Below are positions 26,995 to 35,590 of a stretch of 41,666 nt of DNA, in pieces (the first letter of the stretch is position 1; each line of letters starts with the position of its first letter). The stretch lies in the IMG/VR virus record IMGVR_UViG_3300031673_000156, one strand, 5' to 3'. Both the position numbers and the translations under genes were made by a program. This stretch comes from a virus. The notes under the pieces were generated by a model. It worked only from the letters and a program-made list of their open reading frames with translations. It had not been told where the DNA came from and searched no databases.

Positions 26995-27378
26995 TCAATC
27001 GTCGGTAGGGTCACTGGAGTACCCAGCTTCAAAGAGATTAATCAAAGTCCACTCAGAGATAGGCCGCCAGCCGCCTCTAAGGTCTACAGAGAATTTAGTT
27101 TCAGACATATCTTTGGTACCTAGGCATGTACTACATACCCGATTACCATTGTTGAGGCTTTTAAATTCTCGGCTGCACCGTAAACAAGACCTTTGTTTAG
27201 CGTCGGCTTCTTCATCGATGTCGTAGCCTTCAACATCTTCTAGGGAAAGATAAGGGCCTAGGCCGTTCCAATCCGAAACGTCTTGGTTCCGAGGTCGGGG
27301 TGGTCGCCCCCGGCCCCTTTTAGCTTCTTCCTCTTGTTCTTTGATTGTAGATTCAAGGTATCTTCGGACTTTCCCCAA
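26995..27378 (-). CDS. Hypothetical DNA-binding protein with AT-hook-like RGRGRPPRPR and Cys4 zinc ribbon
   Basis: 127 aa with CLRC...CSTC spacing typical of a zinc ribbon and a basic GRP-containing segment. Confidence 0.55.
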   Translation of the reverse strand: MGKVRRYLESTIKEQEEEAKRGRGRPPRPRNQDVSDWNGLGPYLSLEDVEGYDIDEEADAKQRSCLRCSREFKSLNNGNRVCSTCLGTKDMSETKFSVDLRGGWRPISEWTLINLFEAGYSSDPTDD

Positions 27379-27392
27379 GAGTTACCCCCATT

Positions 27393-28325
27393 TTAAGTTT
27401 TCGTATTCAGCTTAGCCATAAATTCCGCTCCTTGGATGCCGCCGTAGCCGTAATAGAGATCTTTACCCGATCGTCCGAGGTCTATAGCGGTTTCTTGCAA
27501 CGTGTTCTGTAATAGATCACGCATAGCCGCACGTCCGATGGAGGGGTTCTTTTTCAAGAGTAGAGAAGCCCCGAGCGCTAACAAACCAGCTACGGTCGGT
27601 GAAGCCATCGACGTACCCTGCAATTTTCTGTAGGTTTTGCTTAGATAAGTAGAATAGCAAGAAACACCTGGGGCTGCCACCGCTACGTGATCGCCGTAAT
27701 TTGAAAACCACGCTCGATTTTCGTTCTTGTCGATAGCCGCTACGGCTAAAACCCCGTCGTAAGCTGCCGGGTAAGAATCACTTTGGGTGTTTTCGTTGCC
27801 CGCCGCCGCTACGAGTAACACCCCACGGGCGTGAAGTTCCTTACAAATTTGAGCTTGCTCGGGAGAATAGTGAGTCGAACCCAAAGACATATTGACGATG
27901 TGCGGATCGGGTTGGGCGGCTACCCACCTCAAAGCGGCAGTGGTGTAATGGGTATAACCAGAACCGTTGTCGTCTAAGGTTCGAAGCGAAGTGATTCTTG
28001 AACTAGGAGCCAAGCCGACCCCAGCGGCTCCAATCTTACCGCAACACCAAGTTCCGTGGCCGTTGCCGTCGTTAGGGTTGTTGTTGCCCTGGATAAATGA
28101 ATACGCCTTCACAGGGGAGTGAGCAAAAGCGAAGTGGTCGGGGGTACACCCAGAGTCTATTACATAAACATTTACCTTTTCACCTTTGACCCCGTACTTA
28201 GCCCACAAAGAAGGGATCTTGAGTTGATCGAAATCCCAAAGGGTCTCGCCTACCGACAAGCCTTCCACGGTAGGCCCGTCCCAGATGGGGTTGATGCTAA
28301 TTTTATCCTTAGCTTCCTCTGTCAT
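27393..28325 (-). CDS. Subtilisin-like serine protease (peptidase S8)
   Basis: The catalytic triad context is complete: Asp in VYVIDSG, His in GNGHGTWCCG, Ser in GTSMASP. Asn oxyanion-hole region AAAGNE. Confidence 0.85.
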   Translation of the reverse strand: MTEEAKDKISINPIWDGPTVEGLSVGETLWDFDQLKIPSLWAKYGVKGEKVNVYVIDSGCTPDHFAFAHSPVKAYSFIQGNNNPNDGNGHGTWCCGKIGAAGVGLAPSSRITSLRTLDDNGSGYTHYTTAALRWVAAQPDPHIVNMSLGSTHYSPEQAQICKELHARGVLLVAAAGNENTQSDSYPAAYDGVLAVAAIDKNENRAWFSNYGDHVAVAAPGVSCYSTYLSKTYRKLQGTSMASPTVAGLLALGASLLLKKNPSIGRAAMRDLLQNTLQETAIDLGRSGKDLYYGYGGIQGAEFMAKLNTKT

Positions 28326-28333
28326 AACATCCC

Positions 28334-28696
28334 CTATATTTTGATGTAGTAGGTTTTAGTTACTAATATCTTTCCTTCGATATCCGAAAAAGTCGCTACC
28401 AACGACACTCTTTGGTCGGGGTACTTAGGCAAATAAATCAAGTCTGAGACTTCGTAAAACCCTAGGTACTTACCTTTGTAGACTATTTCTAAGGTAGCAG
28501 CGTTGGCGGGTAAGTAGTTCGGATTGAATTTTATCCGTAGGGTGCCGTTGGCCGCCAGAGAAAATTGCTGTTCTTCTTCAAATTCACCTGGGGCTGGGTG
28601 CGGTGCTGTGGTGTCGAGCGGTGGGGCAGGTTTAGGTGTAGCGACACAAGCCGTCAAAGCTAGGCCGCATAGGAATAATTTTAGTTTGGTGAGCAT
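28334..28696 (-). CDS. Lipoprotein (signal peptidase II substrate)
   Basis: The start is chosen at MLTKLKLFLCGLALTAC because AGGGG lies 10 nt upstream. Lipobox L-T-A-C after a hydrophobic core. The rest is a Pro-rich linker plus a beta-rich domain. Confidence 0.7.
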   Translation of the reverse strand: MLTKLKLFLCGLALTACVATPKPAPPLDTTAPHPAPGEFEEEQQFSLAANGTLRIKFNPNYLPANAATLEIVYKGKYLGFYEVSDLIYLPKYPDQRVSLVATFSDIEGKILVTKTYYIKI

Positions 28697-28742
28697 TAGA
28701 TTTACCCCTATCGTAAACATTTATCTATAAACAATATAACAG

Positions 28743-28769
28743 AAAAAGGAGCTTGCCGAAGCAAGCCCC
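28743..28769 (-). terminator. Intrinsic terminator downstream of gene 28799..29524
   Basis: Minus strand reads gcttgc-ttcg-gcaagc hairpin followed by tcctttttctg. Confidence 0.5.
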
Positions 28770-28798
28770 TTTCGAGGAAATCTAAATTACGTTACGAA

Positions 28799-29524
28799 TT
28801 AGGCAGTGAATCTGATTCGTAGTCCAAGGTACGGATTGTCCGAAGTAGGTACGCTAACGACGATAGCGTCTAAAGCAACCGCTGTGCCTTGAGTGATTTG
28901 ACCTGCGTCACCTAGGGTGATAGCAGTACCGGCTGACCAATCCAAAGATGTGTCAAACTGGTCTGTCCATAGTTCTCCGAGACCGTTTCCAAGCTCGATG
29001 AACCCATGCTCACTGTGAAGTCCACGGTTGTTGATGAATCTCTCACCGAACCGTTGCTTGGATTGAACCAAGGTCAAGTCATAGAGGTAAGTGATCGTAA
29101 CGGTGGCACCAGCTTCGTCGGCGTGGAACTTTAATCGGCCAGTTTGAAGGTCAACTTTTACAGAATCATTTGCCGTTGCGCCTGCAAACGTCTCGTCGAT
29201 TGTGAGCACCAATCCGCCAGCCGTTACGGCCCGGATTCTTAGAGTAACTAGGTTCTGGTTTCGAAGATCAACTTCCAAAGCCGCTGGAGCGGAAGGAACA
29301 GTAAGAACTTCTACTTCTGAAGTACGATCGGGCTGTGAGTCAGCGGTTTGCGAATACCCGATTGGAATCTCAGTACCACCGATGGTAGCAACGAGTTCCG
29401 CTTTTTCAACACCGTCTTCGATAATGCCGCACATGATCAAGCCTTCTTGGGCTACGACTGTACCGGATGCCAAAGCTCGGTTGATGCGTTGCGAAGAAAA
29501 TGTTCGCTTTAGGTCAATAGACAT
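28799..29524 (-). CDS. Hypothetical protein (241 aa), beta-rich
   Basis: ORF with SD AGGAG upstream (ccAGGAGttactaATG). Its own terminator follows. Confidence 0.6.
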   Translation of the reverse strand: MSIDLKRTFSSQRINRALASGTVVAQEGLIMCGIIEDGVEKAELVATIGGTEIPIGYSQTADSQPDRTSEVEVLTVPSAPAALEVDLRNQNLVTLRIRAVTAGGLVLTIDETFAGATANDSVKVDLQTGRLKFHADEAGATVTITYLYDLTLVQSKQRFGERFINNRGLHSEHGFIELGNGLGELWTDQFDTSLDWSAGTAITLGDAGQITQGTAVALDAIVVSVPTSDNPYLGLRIRFTA

Positions 29525-29685
29525 TAGTAACTCCTGGAATAAACTTTTTCAATTTGGATATGAGCTAGCGTGCTGAAAACGAACATTTTCTACCCACTGT
29601 CATTTTTCTAAGTTAAGGGTGTGGTAAAGATTTTTAGTAGATTGTACTGTACCCTTGTCGTAAAAATTTAAAAAAGGGTGGGGCT

Positions 29686-30465
29686 ATGAATCAGCTAAGC
29701 GGCGAGTGTTTGCTCATCGGGGATGTTGCGGGTCAATACGAAGCTTTGATGAGCCTCTTAAAGTCCTGTCCTGACGTTCTCCCGGTGAGTGTTGGTGACA
29801 TGATCGACCGAGGGCATGACTCCAAAAAGGTAGTCGACTTTTTCAGAGACCACGGCAAAAGGTTGAAAGGCAACCACGAGCATATGTGCGTGGACTTCAT
29901 CCAAGATAGAAAATATTACGGCAGTGGTATCTGGTTTCGTAACGGGGGCGAAGCGACGGTAGAATCCTACTTAGGTGAATCAATCCGAGATTTAGAGACT
30001 GAATTTTGGAATGAATACGAAGACGGCTCTGCACAGGATTTCAACAACGAGATCAGAGAAAAGCTAAAAGCTACCGGGTTGGACAAAGAGCTAGATGATT
30101 TGCCCTTGTACTTTGAACTCGACGGTGGTGGTATCGTCACCCACGCCCCGATCCGAGCCGGGTTGACGTTGGATACCGTTTGCGAATTAGGGGTGCGAGG
30201 TTTCACCAGCTTCAGTAAAGCAGAAGCCAAAGCCGACCAGTCAGTGATCTGGAACCGCTACCCGCCCTGCAAAATGGAAGGCAAGTACCAAATCTTTGGC
30301 CATAACTCGATGTGGGGTCATTGCTTTATGAAGCACGACGAGGACTCGAATTTATCAAGGGACAATTTTAAAGAACCTTGGGGTGTTTGCTTGGATGATT
30401 CCCGAGCAATGAGATTAACCGCTATGCACTGGCCGTCCAAAAAGATCTATCAAGAAGTATTTTGA
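29686..30465 (+). CDS. Lambda-type PPP-family Ser/Thr protein phosphatase (calcineurin-like metallophosphoesterase); motif I reads GDVAG instead of GDxHG
   Basis: GDVAGQY, VGDMIDRG (GDxxDRG), GNHE, and lambda-PPase-like QSVIWNR and IFGHNS motifs. Confidence 0.85.
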   Translation: MNQLSGECLLIGDVAGQYEALMSLLKSCPDVLPVSVGDMIDRGHDSKKVVDFFRDHGKRLKGNHEHMCVDFIQDRKYYGSGIWFRNGGEATVESYLGESIRDLETEFWNEYEDGSAQDFNNEIREKLKATGLDKELDDLPLYFELDGGGIVTHAPIRAGLTLDTVCELGVRGFTSFSKAEAKADQSVIWNRYPPCKMEGKYQIFGHNSMWGHCFMKHDEDSNLSRDNFKEPWGVCLDDSRAMRLTAMHWPSKKIYQEVF

Positions 30466-30549
30466 GGCGACTAAGGTAGATCAGTAGAGCTTTATTATTT
30501 CATAAGGTTACAAGCAAAATTCTTGTTTTGCCCCAGGGGATTTTTTCAG
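30461..30549 (-). repeat. Inverted-repeat copy B (about 90 bp), partner at 23691..23782
   Basis: Its reverse complement, cgcctgaaaaaatcccctggggcaaaacaagaattttgcttgtaacc...ataataaagctctactgatctaccttagtcg, matches copy A. Confidence 0.8.
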
Positions 30550-30557
30550 GCGTGGGC

Positions 30558-31091
30558 TCAAAAAGACTTCCGCTTTTTAAGCTGTTTGATGATGATAGAT
30601 TCTTCACCTAGATCGATTTGGGCTGTGGGGAATCTTTTGGCGAGATCCGCTAACACACACCCCCGGACGTAAGCTTCTTGGGAAAGCTTAAGCTCTTTGC
30701 TTCGAGCTTCGATCAAGGTCTTGTGTTGGCGGCGGATAGTAGAAGCCACGTTGACTAGCTCGTTAGGTTCGTGGCCGCCTCTATCCTTCTGGGTAATCAT
30801 AGCGTTCCGAACCTGCACCGCTAGATCCAAACACCTTTGCTTGGCACCTTCGTTCTCTTTGAAGATGATCGACAAGGAGTCGATGACCTTGGCTTGGCCG
30901 TGGTGCTTAACCATCAACTTGTAAGCGACGTTGTGCAAAGCGTCGTGGCACCCCGGACAAAGGTCTATCAAATTATCGATAGTGTCTTTACCGCCTAGAG
31001 CCCTGGGGGTTTTGTGGTGTGAGTGCTTGTGGATAACCGGGTAAGCCTCTTCACAACACCCACACCTGAAGATTTTGTTGAAGTCGTTCAC
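30558..31091 (-). CDS. HNH endonuclease
   Basis: CGCCEEAYPVIHKHSHHKTPRALGGKDTIDNLIDLCPGCHDALH carries the C-X2-C...HH...N...H...C-X2-C HNH signature. The start is proposed at a GTG overlapping the TGA of the upstream methyltransferase gene (GTGA). Confidence 0.7.
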   Translation of the reverse strand: MNDFNKIFRCGCCEEAYPVIHKHSHHKTPRALGGKDTIDNLIDLCPGCHDALHNVAYKLMVKHHGQAKVIDSLSIIFKENEGAKQRCLDLAVQVRNAMITQKDRGGHEPNELVNVASTIRRQHKTLIEARSKELKLSQEAYVRGCVLADLAKRFPTAQIDLGEESIIIKQLKKRKSF

Positions 31092-31732
31092 CGCCCCGCT
31101 CGTACCTCGTAGTCGTGTAAAAAGTTGTCGGGAGTAGAGATAGCGTTGGAAGCGTAGATCGCATAGCCCATCCACCTACCTTTGGGGTGGTCCGCCCTGG
31201 GGTCTCGGAGAACAGCATGAATGTCCACAAAAGAATAGTGTTTACGGAACAAAACGACTAGCTCGGTTTCGGTGTAGTGCCAAATGTGATAGCCCCGGCG
31301 CTCCGCTTTGGTCTTGGGCTGGTACGGGAAAACGTTGCCGTTGGGGGTGGTGCAATAGATACTAGGAGCTTTCGAAGCGAACCAAGCTAATTGCTTGTCG
31401 AGGTCATCTTTTTCTAGGTGTTCTATCGCTTCGATCGAGATCACCATGTCGATAGGCTCGGTAAGGCTTTCGAGGTCGTGGGTGTACCGCAAGGTTTCAG
31501 ACCCGAATAGCTCGTTAGCTTTGTCTACTACAGGTTTGTGTAGATCAAATCCAGTGATCTTCAAAGCCCAAGGGTGGAGAAAGTAGGAGCCGTGGCCGTA
31601 CCCGCACCCGAAGTCTAGGACAGATTTCCCTATAATATAAGGGGCGGCACCGTGGTACAGGCGTCGAGAATTGATAAAGTCACCGTCACCGCCGTTTTGG
31701 TTCAGCTTGGGTCGTTCTTCTGTAGTAGTCAT
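31088..31732 (-). CDS. Class I SAM-dependent methyltransferase
   Basis: Motif I VLDFGCGYGHGS, followed by an acidic motif II and a Rossmann-like pattern. No DPPY/NPPY motif, so not obviously a DNA N6-MTase. Confidence 0.75.
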   Translation of the reverse strand: MTTTEERPKLNQNGGDGDFINSRRLYHGAAPYIIGKSVLDFGCGYGHGSYFLHPWALKITGFDLHKPVVDKANELFGSETLRYTHDLESLTEPIDMVISIEAIEHLEKDDLDKQLAWFASKAPSIYCTTPNGNVFPYQPKTKAERRGYHIWHYTETELVVLFRKHYSFVDIHAVLRDPRADHPKGRWMGYAIYASNAISTPDNFLHDYEVRAGR

Positions 31733-31780
31733 ATAGTCCCCTTTTTTAGATCAGAGTCTAAAACTAAAGGGAACCTTTGG

Positions 31781-33397
31781 CTATGGTTTGTTCCTAAGAA
31801 TTTTGAAGTCTTCGAGCTTGGCGTTGATGGTAGAATTCGCCGCTTCTAACGAGCCGACCGTAACGTCTATGGTTTGATCGATCGTGTGAGTTTGGGCGTG
31901 GGTAGAGATCAAAACATTATCGATATAGAATTCTATGTTGGTGCCGTCTAGGTACAACCCGTACAACACCACGTCGCCTTCTGGGGTTGAAATTTGGTCC
32001 GATCCAACGTTAAACAAGCAAACCCCGTTTACATCGAAAACTAAAAACCTTAGCCGATCCGACGACGCTAGAAATTGGAAGCCGTCTTTTTGGTTGGTTG
32101 TAGTAGAGACTAGACCTCTACGGCCCGGCCCTCGGATGTGGGTGGTCTTAAGCTGGAAGTACAAGGGCAGCTTAAGCTCGACTTGCTTGGTTGTAAGATA
32201 CAAATCGTGAATTCTGTCGGGTAAAGCTCGGGTGGTGAAGTAAGGCATCGCTTCAGCTTGGGGTAGATACAAATCCAATTGGAAGGTGTCGGTGGCGTCT
32301 ATCCCTGGAATTTCTATTTCAACATCGAATGTAGCAGCCGTCAAAGGAATCTCAGAAGATTGGACGGTGCCGTACAAAGGAGCCCACACCGAAATTTGTT
32401 CCGCTGGGGTGGTTGTGGTTTCGGTAGATAGGAGATCGCCGACCACGTTGAAGAAGTTGATGTTTATATTGAAATCGGTGAAGGACAAAATTCCGGTGTC
32501 GGAAGCGAGCTTGTGGTAAACAGAAATAGTGAGCGCCCTTATGCCTGCTTGTAAGGGCACCGGGTCAATAATCTCGATGTTAAGGTTATCGAAAGCTGAA
32601 AAGGGGTTGACGTTAGAAGCTCTGATCCGCCATTCGTAAGTGCCTTCGATGTCGCCTTCGGTCAAATTGGATGTCGCCACAAGCCCTGGGGCTTCGATGA
32701 TATAATTTTCTGGCCGGGAAGTTTCGTCCGGGTCGGCTACAAATTGTGGGTTAGGCATAAAGTTGGTGATCGAGTTCTCAATGTAAATCACATCCGATTT
32801 TTCATTGTACTCCAACGGTATGAAAGTTCCGTCGTCGGCTGAGTTAGTCCCGTCCGGCGGCTCGAAATATACTCTGTGGGAGCCTTGGGAAAGAAGAATA
32901 TCGTCGTTGCTAAGGGTGTACAACACCGACTCTACGATCGGCTCGGGAGTGGAGATATTATCTTCCGGGTACACCGCCAGGCTTGCAGGGATGTTTTCTT
33001 CGAACTCATCGTACTTGATTGGCTGCGGCGTTAGCTCCCGAGCTTCTTCGGTCGTGTCTAACACCGGTACTCGGGTTGTAACCGCTACCGTGTCCCGAAC
33101 CTCTAGGATCTCCAAGAATAGATCTATCAAATAGCTAGGGTTGGCTATCGTGACGATAGCATTTTGCTCGAAGGTAGTAGTCCCAAACAATCCGTTGGAC
33201 GTGTCTAAGAAAGACGCAGGGACTTCGAAGCTTTGTAACTCCAATTCCTTTAGCGTTTCATTAGGCGTGATGTACTGGTGTAACAGCTTCACGGTAATAT
33301 CCACGGGGTCGGGATTTTCACCCACATCAATTCGTCTGATGTACTCCCCGTGGATTACATTGCGGTCTAAGCTGGCTTTTATTTTGGTAGTTCCCAT
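31781..33397 (-). CDS. Putative tail fibre / receptor-binding protein with C-terminal LamG/concanavalin-like domain
   Basis: 538 aa. The C-terminal about 150 aa (LRFLVFDVNGVCLFNVGSDQ...VVLYGLYLDGTNIEFYIDNVLIST) resembles a laminin-G jelly-roll. The rest is beta-rich. Confidence 0.6.
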   Translation of the reverse strand: MGTTKIKASLDRNVIHGEYIRRIDVGENPDPVDITVKLLHQYITPNETLKELELQSFEVPASFLDTSNGLFGTTTFEQNAIVTIANPSYLIDLFLEILEVRDTVAVTTRVPVLDTTEEARELTPQPIKYDEFEENIPASLAVYPEDNISTPEPIVESVLYTLSNDDILLSQGSHRVYFEPPDGTNSADDGTFIPLEYNEKSDVIYIENSITNFMPNPQFVADPDETSRPENYIIEAPGLVATSNLTEGDIEGTYEWRIRASNVNPFSAFDNLNIEIIDPVPLQAGIRALTISVYHKLASDTGILSFTDFNININFFNVVGDLLSTETTTTPAEQISVWAPLYGTVQSSEIPLTAATFDVEIEIPGIDATDTFQLDLYLPQAEAMPYFTTRALPDRIHDLYLTTKQVELKLPLYFQLKTTHIRGPGRRGLVSTTTNQKDGFQFLASSDRLRFLVFDVNGVCLFNVGSDQISTPEGDVVLYGLYLDGTNIEFYIDNVLISTHAQTHTIDQTIDVTVGSLEAANSTINAKLEDFKILRNKP

Positions 33398-33415
33398 ACC
33401 ACAAAAATAAGCTGG

Positions 33416-33742
33416 TTAAGCGCCTAACTTAGTCTTGAGGTGTTCCAAAGCTTCAGGTCTCGGTTCTCCACTGTCGTTTAACAACCCACGAGCTTTAAAA
33501 TCTCTGTCGATTAAGGATCGGAGGTACTTGGAAACTTTACCCGTAGAGGTTTCGGAACCGTGATCCAATTTCGCTAGCGTTTTAAGGCTCTCAGAATAAA
33601 AAGGCACCTTCTTCTTTGGGATGTAAAACGTGATACTGTGGATTCGATCGTCCTTAACTTTAGCTTTCTTGGCAACAGCTTTCTTGGCAACTATTTGGGG
33701 TGGAACCGACGCAGTAACCCCAGATTCAACGACATTAGTCAT
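33416..33742 (-). CDS. Hypothetical basic protein (possible DNA-binding)
   Basis: Start at MTNVVESG, chosen because SD AGAGGGA lies 7 nt upstream. The longer ORF to 33826 lacks an RBS. Contains a KKAVAKKAKVK basic tract. Confidence 0.5.
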   Translation of the reverse strand: MTNVVESGVTASVPPQIVAKKAVAKKAKVKDDRIHSITFYIPKKKVPFYSESLKTLAKLDHGSETSTGKVSKYLRSLIDRDFKARGLLNDSGEPRPEALEHLKTKLGA

Positions 33743-33929
33743 GGAAACTCCCTCTTGGAACAATAGATTTTCTGGAAACTCTAAGACATAATACGAATGT
33801 AAAATACCGATGTCCAGACAATCCATTATTAAAAAGCCAGATAATCTAATAAGTTGTGTAGTAGAGTTTTTCTAAAGGTGTGATTTTAAAATAGTAAAAC
33901 TATGATTTTGCGAAAGCGTAAAACCTAAT

Positions 33930-33951
33930 TAGTAGGTTAGATAACCTACTA
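33930..33951. promoter_or_regulatory. Inverted repeat tagtaggtt-agat-aacctacta (operator-like) about 40 nt upstream of the beta-helix gene
   Basis: 9-bp arms with a 4-nt spacer in the divergent intergenic region. The arms contain the CTACTA core. Confidence 0.4.
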
Positions 33952-33991
33952 TGCTTACTTTATAACCAACTTAAACTTTGGGGGTATAGTC

Positions 33992-35590
33992 ATGGGTAAG
34001 ACCGTTATTGTAGAGGAGAAAGCTTCAAATTTTTCCAGTGGAACCTCTGCCGATAGTTTCGGTGTGGGTAACAACACAGCAAATAAAACCTACTACAAAA
34101 GTTTCCAACCGGACTTTGATCCATATATAGCTTACGATCCCGTGCTTCAGACTTGGGTACGTAGAGATTCCGAGGCTTCGGTCGAGATTCCTTTTGCTGA
34201 TGCTACCGCTTCCGAGGAAGAAAACTTTGTAGCTACAGAGATCGGTTTCCACCATACAAACCAAAAGCCTCTTACACCGGCATACGGCTTGGATGCTATT
34301 ACCAATTTAGTGGACTCTGGTCTTTCGGTGGTGAAAGTATCCACAACCGCAGGGGCCAACAACCACGACAAGCTTATAGCGGCGATTGCTTCGGCGAGTG
34401 CTGGGGATATCGTGTGGGTAGATATTGCTAGCTTCGCAGAAACGTTTGATGGTGGGGAACTCGTTATCAACACCCCCATCCACCTAGTTGGTTATAACGG
34501 AGATCCAGCCGAAACTATCATAACGATGGGTACGGGGACTGTAGGGGCTTCTCAATCATGCCTACGCTTAAATGTTGGTGGGACAGGCCCTTTGTGGAAA
34601 GATAGGGTTGTTATCAGCGGAATTACCATCGACGGTGCAGGGATTAATACCACCGACGACGGAATCAACGTTACCGGTTTTCATGCTGTCTTAGTTGATA
34701 AATCATATGTTACTTACGAAAATTGTGTAGCCAAGAACTGCTACGGTTTTGGTTTTAATTTAGAGTCAGTAAGCACCACCACCGACTTTGTTTTTAAGGA
34801 CTGCGTGGCTTCATATTGTGCTCATGGTTTCAAAGCTGGTGGTGGGACAGTAGAAGACATGAAGATCCTTAATTGTGTAGCTCACGACAATCGCCACCAC
34901 CCAAGCTCAAGCGGCACCACAGGTAGTGGTTTTTTTATTCGACCACTATTGATTCGGTTCATTATGAAGGATTGTGCTTCTATCTCGAACCAAGAGCACG
35001 GCTTCAGCACCGAACAGTTCACTTGTGACAGCCTTGTAGAAAATTGTTTGTTCGAAGGTAATGGCTGGGACATAAATGCTTTTAACCCTTCCGGTTGTAA
35101 GATATCCCAAGGGGATGGGGAAGAGGTCGATGGCTTAACGTTCAAGCGGTGTGTGTTCCGGCATAACGGTTTGAGAGCACCTTTCACAGACACGGACGGT
35201 AACGATCGGGGTATAGGGGTTCTATTCAAAGTCAAAACTGCTACTTCGAAAGATGTGCTGTTCGAAGAGTGTACGTTCGACAATAACGGTCATATCGGCA
35301 TACACTGGCATGGCCGAGACGGTGAAGCCCCCACTACATCCAATTTTGTCGTGAAGGATTGCAATTTCTATAATCATGAATTTGCTGGGCTGGGTATGGA
35401 TAACCTGGGGTCTACGGAAAACCAAATTATTACGGCTACCGGTAACTATTGGGGCTCTACGGACGGGGCTAGCGGTACAGGCCCAGGCACCGGGGACGCT
35501 ACCTTAACCTCTACTCCCTACGGAGCTAAGCGGGTAGCGAACGAAGGTGAAACACTCCAAACTTCGATCATTGTTTTGACAATCGATTAA
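33992..35590 (+). CDS. Right-handed parallel beta-helix (pectate-lyase fold) protein: candidate tailspike/polysaccharide depolymerase
   Basis: Repeated PbH1-like coils: ITIDGAGIN, NCVAKNCYGFG, DCVASYCAHG, NCVAHDN, NCLFEGNG, RCVFRHNG, ECTFDNNGHIG, DCNFYNHEFAGLG. SD TGGGGG upstream. Confidence 0.8.
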   Translation: MGKTVIVEEKASNFSSGTSADSFGVGNNTANKTYYKSFQPDFDPYIAYDPVLQTWVRRDSEASVEIPFADATASEEENFVATEIGFHHTNQKPLTPAYGLDAITNLVDSGLSVVKVSTTAGANNHDKLIAAIASASAGDIVWVDIASFAETFDGGELVINTPIHLVGYNGDPAETIITMGTGTVGASQSCLRLNVGGTGPLWKDRVVISGITIDGAGINTTDDGINVTGFHAVLVDKSYVTYENCVAKNCYGFGFNLESVSTTTDFVFKDCVASYCAHGFKAGGGTVEDMKILNCVAHDNRHHPSSSGTTGSGFFIRPLLIRFIMKDCASISNQEHGFSTEQFTCDSLVENCLFEGNGWDINAFNPSGCKISQGDGEEVDGLTFKRCVFRHNGLRAPFTDTDGNDRGIGVLFKVKTATSKDVLFEECTFDNNGHIGIHWHGRDGEAPTTSNFVVKDCNFYNHEFAGLGMDNLGSTENQIITATGNYWGSTDGASGTGPGTGDATLTSTPYGAKRVANEGETLQTSIIVLTID

